Positions 24,312 through 38,560 are shown, counted from the first letter of the stretch. The stretch is DNA of 64,000 nucleotides from Antedon mediterranea (GCF_964355755.1 NC_092673.1:32423648-32487647); one strand, 5' to 3'. The notes: generated from the sequence alone by a model not told the origin. Translations and numbers: made by a program.

Positions 24312-24988
24312 AAGGCCCATTTTACAATTACGATAACGATCGACGATATGATTTCTTTAAAACAAATGAAATATGAAAAGTTTTCATTCTAGAACTATAG
24401 GATAACCATTTATTTTTTTTTTCTCTTTTGTGGCGTTAACCACTATTTTATTCATTTCATTCTCAAATGATCAATACAATGATTTTACACTTCATCCAAA
24501 TATATATTCCCTTGTTATTCTGTTCTGTTATTTTCTTGTACTTTCTTTTATCTTTAGTACGATTTGATCGAAACAATTCGGTCAAATATGTATATAATAT
24601 ATACTTTATACTTTTATATGTATTATCCACTTTTTTCATTATTTTCTTTTATTTTAACTATTCCTTTCTACAATAGGTCTATGTCTCTGTACAAAACACA
24701 CAAGTGCATATATTCGAGTACATGATTGCACACATGAATACATACATAGGATAACCATTTATTGTGTCTTTGATAAAAGATATATATTTTTCAAATCAAA
24801 TGACGTCAAATAACATTGTTGGATCACGATATTATTGCTCTTACTAATCATGACGTCATTTGATTGGACGTGTTATTATTTTCACCAAAGGCAACATAGT
24901 TTTAGGACCAACCATTTTGTTTAGATTTCTTTTGTTTATGGTCGATCGTTATCGCCCTATTATTATTAAAAATAATATAATGGGCTTG
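24312..24988. mobile_element. Degenerate MITE
   Basis: gcccatt..cgataacgatcgac at the left and gtcgatcgttatcg..aatgggc at the right; internal tcaaatgacgtca/tgacgtcatttga inverted repeat. Confidence 0.5.
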
Positions 24989-26281
24989 GAACGACTCTTG
25001 TTTCACAAGGTGATACACATAGAATTGGTTTGATCCCTAACTGGATCTAAGATTAAGATTAATTTATAGAGAAAGTATTTGCGGAAAAATCGCAACCCGG
25101 CCCCTACGTCTTGCTAGCTTTTCGTGTTGTAATCAATAGATAATACCATTAATTTTTAACAATTATTCATGAAAGGAAGCGCCGGACTCTTATGATCTAA
25201 TAAGATCCGGAAATTAACAATAAACAACTCAAATCATATTAGTCATTATTGTATTGCTAATTATGCAAAAATGATAATTATACTTAAAATTACGGATGTA
25301 GAGTTAAATATTCTACCACTTAATAATCAAGAAATTAAACCACTGAGTCAAAACCGGGAAGTAGTGAAATAATGATTATACTCTTCATTCCTCTTCAAAG
25401 CCGGACTTAATTTTAATTCAGGAATAACTTAAATAAAGAAGAAAAGACACAAGATGGAACGTTGAGAGAGTTGATGAATTATACAAGTGAAACTTCGAAA
25501 TATATTTAGTTTTTTCCTTTTAACTCCGATTTTTCCACTTCTACTACTAATAAACAACATAAAATGTTGTTTTAGAAAACGCATGATATATCCATGATGG
25601 GTGATGTTTAATTTTAATTAGTTTACTAAATAGTGAGGAATAAAGTCAAAATACTGAAAATTAATAATTAGGCAAAGTACAAAATTAAAAACAAATACAT
25701 TTATACCCGTAAGATAATCTTGAAATGTTACTATAACCTTGTGGTATTAAGCTCTGTCTACACTATCAAACTAGTGAGATGAGCCCAAATATGGTAATGA
25801 TGTGCCAAATATGTTAATGACATGACATTATCATGCCCATATGGGCATATCATATTTTTTTCACATAAAGTTTGATAGTGTAGACACAACCTTAAAGTAT
25901 TTTTGTACAACTTATATTCAACATAATAATAATAACTGAATGACATTATAAATAATTAATTAGTATATCATTAATTGTTCACAGATTGTCATTATCGTTA
26001 TAAAATAATTAATTAATTATGATATTATGGAAGAATTAACTACGAAATATTTTAAAAGGTCCAAGTTAAGCCCGCTGTTAACACCAGATCCGTACTAAAT
26101 GATCAAGGGGATCTCTTATCATAAGTGCAGCACTTCAATTAATTCAACGCAAGTGTTTTACGAGTAGATTTTAGAAAGTTTTCTCTATAAAAGATCGTGT
26201 TCTTCCACGTTTTGCTATACTCCGAGAATTGTTTCATTCAGCGCTTTTGTTTTTTAAAAACTAATTCGCTCATCAACAGAT

Positions 26282-28472
26282 ATGTCTTCCAGAACACTTT
26301 TGGTACGTTTTCTTAATATTTGTTCTTTTATTTTAATTAATTGTTTCGCGATTAGTTAAACAAGCAAATTGATAGTTAATTATTTCATCATTTTAGGCTA
26401 GCTGTTACCCTCAACTTGAATAAGAGAGTTTTTATTGATTTACTTTTATAACACCACATAGACTTTATTACTCGTAGTTGTAAATAATTTACGATATTTT
26501 CTTGTCAAGACAGATTACATACATTTGAAATACTTCGCAATGACAAAAAATTGTTTGTTAAAACTTATAAAACAAAATATTTCAAATATTGCAACATTTA
26601 AAATACTGAAATACAAATTTAGAATTTCGGAAAAAATAAATTAGATTTTAATGTTTTTTTTTTTTTTTTAATATATATTATATATAATATATTACACAGA
26701 GGCGCCTCACAGGGTGGAACCACCTTAGCTTCTCAAGGCGCCTGACGGTAGTGTTAGGCTACTAAGTGTTACTGAGTACCTAAGTTACTCTTCAAGATTG
26801 TTCATTAATAATTTGTATAATAATTCGTATAATGGATGAGAGTGTCTTTTTAATAATGTTTAAGTTGTATTCACCACAAAATATAAATATTGTATTTCAC
26901 TACAATCATTACTTCTCATATTTTTACAGTTGTTTAACTAGAAAAGGCGTAAAGTAGATATAAATAAGTTTCTAAATGTTTTCTAAATATTTTTACAACT
27001 CTATTTTCTACTCTTAATGTCTTTCAGGCGGTGATTTTCACACTGACGTTGGTCTATTCAGTGACATGCGATTTCAGCGCACCCATTGTAGATGCTGCGG
27101 CCGCGGCACCAGATGGAAGCAAGAACCTTTGCATAGCTAATGCCAGGGATGCAAGTGCGATTAAACGTAAATATGGTAATCCAGAGGAAGACGTCAGTCC
27201 AGACGGTCCAGAATCAAGGTGAGAACAAAAATATATTATGAAGGAACGTGTGCATTTCTCTCACAAAACATAACGTAACGTAGCGTAAAGCGGATTTTCC
27301 ACTTGGTGAATTTGTTCACGCGAATCGAAAGCGTCAACTTATACGCATGCGTATTCATGTTTCCATCTTCCATATCTCTCCCTACGCATGCGTATAAGCT
27401 GACGCTTTTGATTCGCGAGAAAAAGATTCTCCTAATGGAAAATCGGCTTAACGTAGCATTGCCGCGCAGCGATGTTTGGAATCAGAAAAGTTAACGATGC
27501 AGTTATTTAGGCATATCGTCTTTGTGTTAACTTCTTAATAAACTTCTACTTTAAAATTGTAGTAGAAAAAAATGTTACTGATGAATTTTATCAAATTAAC
27601 AAAAATTTGATAATAATGAAAATAATATGATTTATGGTGATGACATGAAAGATAATATTAATGTGAATAAAGTGTGGTATTTACGCCACAAAAGAGAGAA
27701 AAAAAAACATTGCCGGTCATACATCACCCCGCCCCTTCTCCCCTCACAGGGAGAGTGTAAAGTGTTTTTGTATATATCTATAGACTAACAATCGTTACTA
27801 TTGCTTAAACATATCATTTTTTAGGTAATATAAAGGACTGCCTAAAACGGTCAACTTTATATATTTATATTATTTATACAATTACCATTTCCTTTAAACC
27901 TAATGTTTTTATTTTTTTAAATTATAGATCAGATGCGGTGTTTGTACCCGCACCTACATATCGTGATATATGCCCATCTCGCAGTCTGTACCGTCGTATC
28001 TACTGGGCCCAGAATACCGCTGGTGTTTGGGTCAGATTGCTACAGACATCTTGGTACAGACAGTATTTTCATGTTACCTACTGCACAACGTAAGTTTGTA
28101 TGGTCACTTCAAATTCATTATGCAATTCTAGGTACTGTAGGGCTATATAAATGTATCCAGTATCAGGACAATTTATATTAGGTCTAACTATGCAATTGTA
28201 TTTTTCGAAAACAATTGTTTACAGAAGAATATGTTTAGTTTATAAATAATAAATATAATAATTGTAATTTTTCTTTCCATTTCAGACGTTCTTGTACAGG
28301 ACTCTCACCCATTACTTCACCTAGTCGATGTATCATAAAGTACCGGTTTGCCAGGGCGTTGGTCTACCGTACCGGCGGCTGTGGTATTAGCTTTTTACAA
28401 TGGCAGTACATCCGAGTACCTTCTTGTTGCGTATGTCAGACCCGCCAACCGTTTATACTCACTAAAGGATAG
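26282..28472 (+). CDS. Spaetzle-like secreted cystine-knot protein 2, 4 exons, 186 aa
   Basis: Exons 26282-26302, 27028-27218, 27928-28089, 28286-28472, same intron phases as paralog 1. DICPS..YWAQNTAGVWVRLLQ...IRVPSCCVC. Confidence 0.87.
27289..27448. mobile_element. Palindromic MITE with TAA TSD (family B)
   Basis: taa|agcggattttccac ... ggaaaatcggct|taa; near-identical copy at 31828-31988. Confidence 0.85.
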
Positions 28473-28917
28473 AGTGTTGTTTAGATAATAATATTAATCA
28501 GCATGAATAATCATCATAATTAAGCCCCAGCGCTCTCATTTGCTATTACTATTAGTTAAACGTTTATGTTATGTATGGTTACTCAGAAAATAGATTAAAA
28601 TACGGTTTGTTAGATTGTGTTTTTTCTTCTGATAAACACAACACTCTACATTATCATTTTGGTTTTTTCTGGATTTAATGTCATTAATAATATTATTTTG
28701 ATCTCAGGAACAGAGACATTTTATTTATGATATAGATAATTATACAGTAAAATATAGTTGGAAGGATGGTATTATAAGTTATGTTCCAACAATAAAATTA
28801 GAACTTACAAATTACGTTTATGCATGTGTTTATTACTTGTTAACACTAACAGTGCGTTATTTTACCTGTGTGTACTTCTGATTGGCTAAAAGTAAGACGG
28901 TACATTGTATGATTGGT

Positions 28918-29102
28918 TAAGCTTGGTTCCCACTAGAACGTAACGCAAGGACGTAAACGCAACGCAAGCGTTTTAACCAATGACAAGCGAAGTTATAGAC
29001 ACTTAGCAATCACAAGCGAATAAGCCATCGCTTGTGATTGGTCAATTCACTTGCGTTGCGTTACGTCCTTGTGTTGCGTCGCTAGTGGGAACCACGCTTT
29101 AA
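28918..29102. mobile_element. Palindromic MITE (family C: aagc.tggttcccactag ... ctagtgggaacca.gctt)
   Basis: Long TIRs. Relatives at ~63192-63400 and degraded copies at ~13735-13883, ~52560-52680 and ~56635-56722. Confidence 0.82.
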
Positions 29103-29758
29103 CGAATCAAGAGACGGTAATACAGAATACAGAGACTTGATTGGTCACAACTACTTCAAGAACTTAAAAGGAGATTGTGATTGGATAAAAACAATCATCA
29201 ACGTCACTACAGACTGATGAACGAACATAAGACTAAACACAATGACAGTAATTTACCGACGTCGTTTTAAAGGTCTTTACAAAATAATTTAGGGGCGTTC
29301 ATAACCGTCGTCCGAAATTACTGGCGCGGTCAACATGATGATAAGACACCGAGAGGAACGGTAATTATCAACTGAATTGTTTGATTGAAAACACTGCAAC
29401 GCCAAAGACTTACAATGTAACACTTTATAACACATTATAAATCTATGTTAAAGAAAGTAAATCAAGCAAGGTTTTTAACATAAAAGATAGGAATTTATTA
29501 TTTCAAAGAACAAACACAAAACATAGTAGAATTGTGTTCGTTTGGTTCTATAGAAAAATCATGCATCCTGTAAAAGAAAAAATTTATATTTGAACCCAGT
29601 ATCTCTGCGATTTACAATATATATATATATTGTATTATCTAAGAGGTTTTCAAAAAAAAAAAATCACAATCAAGCATTTAATGCTTAAATGTGATAAAAA
29701 AAAAAAAAATTTAAAAATAATCAAGAAAAACAATATTAAAATTTAATAAATAAATAAA

Positions 29759-30330
29759 GGGCCAATAGAAAGCCTGAAGAATGCTGACTAATCATATTAC
29801 TGTCAAAGAGACATTTTACACTTACCACTCTAACGATATTTTTGTTACCAATATATTTTAAAAACAGGCCCAATATAACCAGGAATAGAACATACTGTAA
29901 TTATATAACAACATATATGATAATATTGTGATACTTATGTATTGTTTAACTGTATATTATTAATAATTGCTGTATTCGGGGCAATGACCTTTAAAAATAA
30001 TAAAAGCCTACTAACAGTATAAAACTGACTCCAAATAACGAGAGGCAAGCCTACTAATTATCTGCTTTTCCTATATTATTTAACAGCTGAATGATATTTT
30101 GTATTTTAATAATGTTGACAAGTAATGATGAATAAATATTAACGATTTAATGTATTTCCTATCTTCTGTTTATTGTGTGCTGATTGCACGAATTAGATAA
30201 TGATAAAAGACTATAAACAAGATAATCGAAAAAACAACACTATCAGCCGATGAGAATAACTAAATAAAGACAATTTTGTTGATGATAATACAAGACGATG
30301 ATGAAATATTGATATCCTGCTTGTGTGTGT
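29759..30330 (+). pseudogene. Relic of the 3' end of a Spaetzle-1-like gene (GPIESLKNAD* plus 3'UTR)
   Basis: Aligns to 22800-23490 (GPIDDLKHAE* and downstream). The upstream part is absent. Confidence 0.75.
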
Positions 30331-31827
30331 GTGTGTGTGTTGGGGTGGGGCTCGTTCACAACAAAATGTATTCTTCTACGAGGCCGTATGAAAGAAATAC
30401 AACTATCAAAAGTATGAACAAACATTGAAAGGAGAAAAAAAGTATATAAATTTATATTTAACAGAAGTTTAAAGTTAGTAGGTATAAATTAAAACAGAAA
30501 TGCTACAAGTTATGAAACTCACTACCACAAATTAATAATTAAGAAGAAATTAATAGGCCAGCATTTTTTAGGGAAAGAGCATTTTTTGTGTGTTTAGACC
30601 TATATCAATTTCGTTCCAAGTTTTTTTTCCATGGTAGGAAAAACTTTTCTTTTTATATTCTGTATTGGACTTTACTAGACATAGGTCGTTTTTTAGTCGC
30701 GACTCTACAGCTCACTATGTCGGTTGGTTGGTAAAACACTAAATCAAATTTGTGCACGCGACTGCAGCCATGTATATGGCCTCGTTTATTTTGTATCATA
30801 TGAGGATTTTCTTTGATAGATAAAACCTGGTAGAACTGTTAATAAGTTCAACATGTTTGTTCCAGGCTAGTAATTCATCAATTTGAACACCTAGGTGTTT
30901 ACAGTGATACTTTTTATAATACAATTTGTAACAATTATTCATAAAAGGAAGCGCCGGACTCTTATGATCTAAGAAGATCCGGAAATTAACAATAAACAAC
31001 TCCAATCATATTAGTCATTATTGTATTGCTAATTATGCAAAAATGATAATTATACTTAAAATTACGGATGTATAGTAAAATATTCTACCACTTCATAATC
31101 AAGAAATTAAACCACCGAGTCGAAATCTGGAAGTGTTGAAATAATTATTATACTTCTCATTGCTCTTCAAAATAACCGGACATAATTTTAATCCGGAAAT
31201 TAATTCAACAAAGAACAATAGGCACAAGATGGAAAAGTTGAGATAGTGAGATTACTTAATTGTACAAATTGTTTTTCATAGCAAACTTAATCTGTTTGCA
31301 ACCTTTAAGTTTGCCACTGTTAGGAGAAGTTCTTAACATAAACTTTATCAAACTTTTGTCTGCAAACTTCGTTTGCCAATGTTTAGAGAAAGTTTTACAA
31401 ACTTGACAAACTTTTGTTTTTCACGGTTTGGAGTCAAGTCAATAGCAATAATACTCCATTCGGTTTGATATTTCACTCATGTTAGGAAATTGTTCACTTT
31501 CATACAAAAAAAATGTTAAACATGAGCGCTATGGTAAAAAACCATAAAACAACATTAGTCGCTAAATAGTAATATTTTATTCATTTTGATATAGTCTTAT
31601 TGCGCAGTTGGCTTTACATAAAATGATTGCACAAATAGCTTAAAATTACGGTACTGTACTAATAAATAATATGAAATACATTGGAAAAAATTTCTGTGAT
31701 GAGTTAAACTAGCCTACTGATAGTTTTAAGTAAAAACACAGCATACATGTTTAAAATAATGTTTTCGGAAATGCAACCATATCGTCAGACAAAGACAGAA
31801 CGTCTGACTCCAGCCTAAACAATCTAA

Positions 31828-31988
31828 AGCCGATTTTCCACTTGGCGAATTTGTTCGCGCGAATCGAAAGCGTCAACTTATACGCATGCGTATTCATGTT
31901 TCCATCTTCCATATCTCTCTCTACGCATGCGTATAAACTGACGCTTTCGATTCGCGTGAAAAAAATTTCGCCTAGTGGAAAATCGGCT
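31828..31988. mobile_element. Palindromic MITE, family B, upstream of Spaetzle-like 3
   Basis: taa|agccgattttccact ... agtggaaaatcggct|taa. Confidence 0.87.
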
Positions 31989-32349
31989 TAAGGCGTGCTA
32001 GTAAATTCTCCTTGCTGCAAGCGCAAAAAGATGATAAAATAACTGTAATATCGATTCGATATGCAAAGATGTTTATGTTATTATTACATATTTCATTGAA
32101 CAATGAGATTATAAAGATTTAACTAGAAAATATTCCAAGTTAAGCCAGATGTTAACACCAAATCCAAGATACTAAATAATTAACGGGATCTCTTATCTTA
32201 AGTGTTCTTCAGTTAATTCCAAGCAAGTGTCTTACAAATAGTTTTTTACACGAGTTTTTTCTATAAAAGAACGCAGTGTTTTACGTTTTTTCATACTACG
32301 AGAATTGTTCATCTCAGTGGGTTTTTTAAACGAACGCTCAGTAACAGGC

Positions 32350-34364
32350 ATGTCTACCAGAACACTTTTAGTACGTATTATACTGTATTTTTCTCTTTCT
32401 TGTGCATTTATTTAACATTTTCTTTTATTGTAGGATAGTATTTTAAGTAAAGAAAAATATTAATTTATTAGTCAGATTATTGTATCGAATTATAGTGTTT
32501 AACTTTTTCTTTAAATTTTAAAGTTTTTAAATTGTTTTCGTTTGATAAAGCAATGAAGAATGATATAATAGTAAATGATTGGTTTGTAGTATCAAATAAT
32601 TTTGGGAGTTTCATTGCAATACGGTATTAATAAAATAAATTCATTTCATAGACGATGATTATCCTGATAATAGGCCTAACTAGCTTATGGCGCGATTGAT
32701 ATGTTTAAAAAAAAAGAAAAAAGAAAAAAATCTATTTTTGTACCCTACAATTTGTTTTGTTCAGGCGGTGATTTTCACACTGACGTTGGTCTATACAGTA
32801 ACATGTGATGATGACGTCATCCTAGTTAATAACAAGATCCCAACCGGGGTTAGAAGTTGTAAAGTAGCTGCTGTGGATCGAAACAAGGTTATTGGACAAT
32901 TTGGAGAAGCTGTGAATCCTGATGACAACAAAGCTAAGTAAGAAATAATTTACATAATCTCATCTAAAACACCTGTAAATTCGTTTTCATTCTGGTGAAA
33001 CAACTACGTGACAATGTGGCTACAATCTTACAGATCGTTACGTGTTTTTCCAAAAAAATAAATTAGATAATTGTCAACAAACTTGCATGTAAACGAGATA
33101 ATAATCAACGAACTTGTAGATCTAGGTAACTCTCCACGAACTTACAGATCACTCCATGTTTTCCAAAATTTTAACTAGATAATTTTCTACGAATTGCAAA
33201 CTGTTCCGTTTCGAAAATTTGAACTAGATAATTCTCCATGAATTTGCAGACCGTTCCGTGTTTTTCCAAAAATAAAATTAGGTTTTTCCAAAATTAAAAT
33301 TCGATAATTCTCAAAGAACTTGCAGACCGTTTCGTGTAAACAAGATAATTATCATCAAACTTTCCAAGATTATAACTTTCCAAGATTTTAACTGGATAAT
33401 TAACCACGAACTTACGTTCCGTGTTTTTATCCTAAAAAACTAAATATTCTTCGCGAACATGTAGGCCTAGAAAAGTTTTTCTTAAGCTAAACCCATATAC
33501 ATTTTTGACATATTGTTGATTATAGATCTGATGCCGCCTTCGCACCCTGGAATCCTTATCGTGATGCATGTCCATCTCGTTCTGTGTTTAGTCGCATCTA
33601 CTGGGCACAGACATCATCCGGTGTTTGGGTCAGATTGCTACAGACCTTTTGGTACAGACAGTATTTCCATGTTACTACCTGCAGACCAACGTAAGTTTAC
33701 TTAACTTAGTATACTATTTAATCATTATACAAGCATCAGTGGTCCGTATGGTTTGACATGAAGATGCTTAGTAATCAAAGAGAATGTTTGTATTAGTGGA
33801 ATAGGAGCACATCACTGTTTAATGGAACCAATATTTTCTTGTCGGGGAAAAATCCGATATGTATTTAATCTTATACACAAAACCGCACAATGTGTATAGT
33901 TTTGTATTATGACATTTGTTCGTTCGTTCGTTCGTTTTTATTTCACATTGCATCACACTTGATAAGTTGTTACAGATTAATTCAAAGTATTAAATAAAAG
34001 ATGCAAAGCCTGGAAAAGACCAAATAAGCTCAATATAGAGCGCTAAGCATGGTTTCACCAGAACAAAATAAACTAATTATTGTATCAAATACAAATAATA
34101 TAGAAGCCTATTTGTAAATCGGAAACAAATACTTTAACGTAAAAAGAAATATTAATATTTTTCTTTTTATTTCTTTTAATCAGACGTTCATGCACAGGAC
34201 TTTACTCACCCGTCAATGTGGCTAGTCGGTGCATCACCAAGTACCGATTCGACAGGGCGTTGGTCTACAGTAATGGTTGTGGTGGTTATTTACAATGGCG
34301 GTATATCCGGGTACCTTCTTGCTGCGTATGTCAGACCCGCCAATTTATATTCACCGAAGGATAG
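32350..34364 (+). CDS. Spaetzle-like secreted cystine-knot protein 3, 4 exons, 179 aa
   Basis: Exons 32350-32370, 32765-32937, 33526-33690, 34184-34364; close paralog of gene 2. Confidence 0.87.
33030..33460. repeat. Degenerate ~50-bp tandem repeat in intron 2 of Spaetzle-like 3
   Basis: aactagataattctccacgaacttgcagaccgttccgtg-like units. Confidence 0.7.
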
Positions 34365-37300
34365 ACATATAATTTAGATAATAATAATGATTATGAATGA
34401 TAATCATTTCTCATTATTTGCGTTATTTTGTTACACAATATGGTTGTTTACCTGATTTAATATCCTTAAAAAAAGTACATTATTCCGATTTTAGGAATAG
34501 AAATAGTTATTTCAGCTGAAATAGTAAATGTATACATGCAGGGAAAGTTTGGTATAATAAAGTAGAACATATACGTCACTGTGGAAAATTAAAAAAATTA
34601 CAAATTTATCTTTGACTGTGTGTTTATTTGCTATTGATTGGCTAAAAGTAGAAAACATTGTGATTGGTTGATGGACCGGAAAAACAAAGAAGACTGTGAT
34701 TGGACAAAGTTCTATCAACGCCAATAATCACAAAGACAAGACTATTGTATTGAGTGACGTAATTTTAGAAGGACTAACCAAAACCTTTAAGAATTTAATG
34801 AATATACTCAATAAATTACCGCAAAAGAATTAGGAAGATATGCTATTTATGTTGTGAAACAAAACAATGAGAAAACAGGAACAATGCAAGGAATTGTTTC
34901 TGGCTCAACCAATGCATTAAAGTAAAGAACACACGCGGCACTTTCAACCAAACTGAACGAAAGGTCACAGGTCATATTCAAGAACGCAAGGTAGTTAAAG
35001 CCAAAGCTTGCAATCAAAATACATAACATGTGAATTGGACTTTCGGAATGACAAGTCTGGTTTAGAAAGGTGTATACTTGTTATGTACTACTAATAAACA
35101 TTCAGTAATCTAAGTATAACGTATTGTCTTTATTGAGACACAACAATAAGTAGGCCAACAACAAAAATACTGCAACTATACAAAGGCACACTGCATTTAC
35201 ATATTATACATACAATAAAAAAAAATAAACATTATGCAATTGCATTTAAAGAAGTATAACAATTAAGGTGTTCAACATGAAAGGCATGGAATTAATTTCT
35301 GAAGGAAAAAAAATGTGTGTTGCAGGATTCGAACCCAGTGTTCTGCTTTGTGTTCTGTTCAAAAGCTACATTACCACATACCAATGCAACAATATACAAT
35401 CTAATAGTTTTTGTCTTAAATTAACATTCATAAAAGTGAAACAAAATATACAAATCAATACTAGGTCTAGCAAAACAATATTAAAATTTAATAAATTAAT
35501 TAATCATAAAGCACCAATTGATTATACGAGTGATTGCAAATTATTTATTAGTAAACAATTTTTTCGGAGGCAACATTTTAAATAAATATACACAGGTCTA
35601 TTCTGCAATACTTTTAACTACAAATAAAAATTTAATAATTACTACATACAATTTTATTTTTAAGCGGTGCAAATATAGCAAAATATCACATTTATTTTAT
35701 TCAAATTGAAAGCACATATCGTATATATAAAAATATAATATTCTTCAGTAAAATATTACATATTACAAATGTGTACAAGATACAACTGAAAATTATGAAA
35801 AAAACCCCGTATGAATTTAGTTTCAATGTAGAGGTTTATGGGAAACAAAATCTTTACTAAACTATTTATTATATATATAGCTTTTCGTATGAAAACATAC
35901 TAAAGCGCTACACTATCAAACTTTATGTGACAAAAAAATGTGATATGCCCATATATGGACATGATGATGTCATATCACTACCATATTTGGGCACATTACA
36001 GTGTCTAGTTTGAGACAGCGCTTTAGAGAAATATCACCTTGGAGTAGGCCTACCTAATCTAAGATCTATGGATAAACTTCAATTAGGAAAAAATCAAATG
36101 TGAAAACACACTACAGTAAATGATGACTTAATCGTCTTGAAGGCACGTGTCTACGCAAGTACATATCCGACTCTAAAGGTAAGCCTGTTATCAAATATTA
36201 TCCGGTTTGTAAGGAGAGATTTAATTTGATAACATCATTATTATGAATATTAATATTTGATTGGTTTTATGATACTTAAATAAACCATACGTTTATAGAT
36301 CCTGTCTATAGAAAGAGAGTTAATGTCCGTTATTATTATTCTAATTATCTGATTGGCTTTATATGGTTACTAAGTATATAAAGTATAAATCCTGGTATTA
36401 CTTTAAACTGGGGATAAGTGTTTGTAAGGTTCAATGACACGTTGTAGATCCTTGTAATAAAGTATTTAAATCCTAACTACCTGTTAACAAATTTGATCTT
36501 TATTTGATAAGAGAGTATAGACACGAACCAGTTCGTAGGACCAGGGAAGAGTTAAATAACATAACTCTTCCCTGGTAGGACGTGCTTCAAAATAGAGACC
36601 AGTAGTGAAAGCTCCTATAAATAGGCCTAATTTATGACAATGTTTGGCAAATCCTACGTAACCAGCAGGCCAATTATTTCCATATACTTTGTTTGTAGGC
36701 CTAAATCTATCTTTTCTTCAGTGACTTACTCTAGGACTGAAAGGGGTGGAGGACTATCTAGAGATCGAAATGAATCTTTTCTCTAATTTTAAGTTTGTTC
36801 CTGTTTGTTTTTTTAAATAGGGGCCTAAAATGTGTAAATTGCTAAACATAATGTTGTATCGGTTAGCATTTCATTTGCTTATATTGAAAGGGGTCCAGGT
36901 TGGGTGTCAATGCACCTTGATAATGTCTACACAACTGTTCCTAAACGCTTACAATTATAGAAAATATTTTAAATATAGAAACTGAATCTTAATGTTTGAC
37001 AGAAAGAATGGTGATATTACAATAGCATGATGTGATATACAGCTGAGCTACATTCTCCCGTAAAATAGTCCCAATTTTATCCGCCTACATTAAAAAAAAA
37101 AAAAAAATAATAATAATAATATCTTTACACATGATCAATAAGAAATACATACAATACAATAGATATTATTCTTATTGATTATGACGTCATTCGATTGAAC
37201 TATAGGATAAAAATGTTTTAATATATTGTTTTCTGTTGGAAAATATATATATATATCTATTAATAATTTATTGTCGATCGTTAATGAATTATTGTGTTTT

Positions 37301-38560
37301 CTGAAAGCTCTGTTTTAATTTACAGCAGAATGTTGAACATCAAGGCATCATAAATGGCACTTAAGCAAAGAAGAAAATTCTCTGAAGTGCGAGGAGGTAG
37401 TGTTATTTTGTAAACATTTTGTGGTTGTGAGTGGTTTCTATCAATACAGCCGTCCAATAATATGAAAGATAGTAGGTTGCGGTAGAATAGTATCGATCCA
37501 TACTTGCTTCTTCCCTGTTCAAATGACTTATGTTCACACAATGGTTTAGATTCTGGGCAAATGAGAACACTGCCGAACACCAAGTTTAGCGGTGAAACAA
37601 ATATCAATAATATACACGAAGGAATAGTATTTCCGAAAGATTGGAACCTCTTTCTGGCTGTTTTACTGATAAATCATCGCAAATTATATGTAGTTTGATT
37701 CACTTTTTACAAAATTGTTTCTTTTTCTTCGCCCTCTTTTCCTTTTCACAGGGATCTACACCAACCAATAACCTTTCGCATTCAATGAGGTGCTCTGAGC
37801 CATGTGAGCATTGCAGTAACACTATCAGTTTTGTTGGTACATATACCAAAGGTTTCTCTGAGCAACAAGCACTGCTGTACACTGTATTCTGTCATGTTTT
37901 ATCATAGGACAACTAATGTGTTCAAGATAGAATATCAAGTGAGCCATGTTATTAAAGTCCTGACATATCCAGACAATTCATCCATCTAAAGTGTTAGAGA
38001 CTGGAATCACTGCTTTAACTGTGTGTTTTTCATCTTTCCATCACAACCAGTCTACTCCAACTATCAAGATTTCTGAGTCAAGTGAAGGGTGTTTTAGAGG
38101 TTACACACACCTAGTGCAACCATAAATGTGATACATAATGTATTAAAACATTGAAAACTATGGGACATGCAAATATTGCTGTAAGCTGAATTATGAGCAA
38201 CATGAGACTTGGCCAACCAGAAATGTGGTGCCCGTACTGAAGTGTTCTATAAGCTGTATTCGGTTGTCACATATTGTAACGCAGTGTAAGCTGTTTTCTG
38301 ATGTCTGCTATAGAAATGTGAAGTGGGCAGTATATTCTGATGTTCAAGGTATCTGATCTGATGAGGTACCTGGGTCAACCAGAAATGTGCACATACTAAA
38401 GTGCACTGTAAGCTGTATTCTGATGTCACGGTAAGGTATCTGATTTCATATGAGATATTTATATATACACCTGGCGGCATAATCAAATACATGCACACTG
38501 AAATACAGTATGCTGTATGTAAGCTAGCTGTATCCAACTTAAGGTATTCAATCACCAGGA

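Noticed and set aside
35310-35390. tRNA on the minus strand (also a similar trace at ~63401-63470 on plus)
   Set aside because: Only a B-box-like ggttcgaa remains; probably decayed SINE heads, too weak to call.
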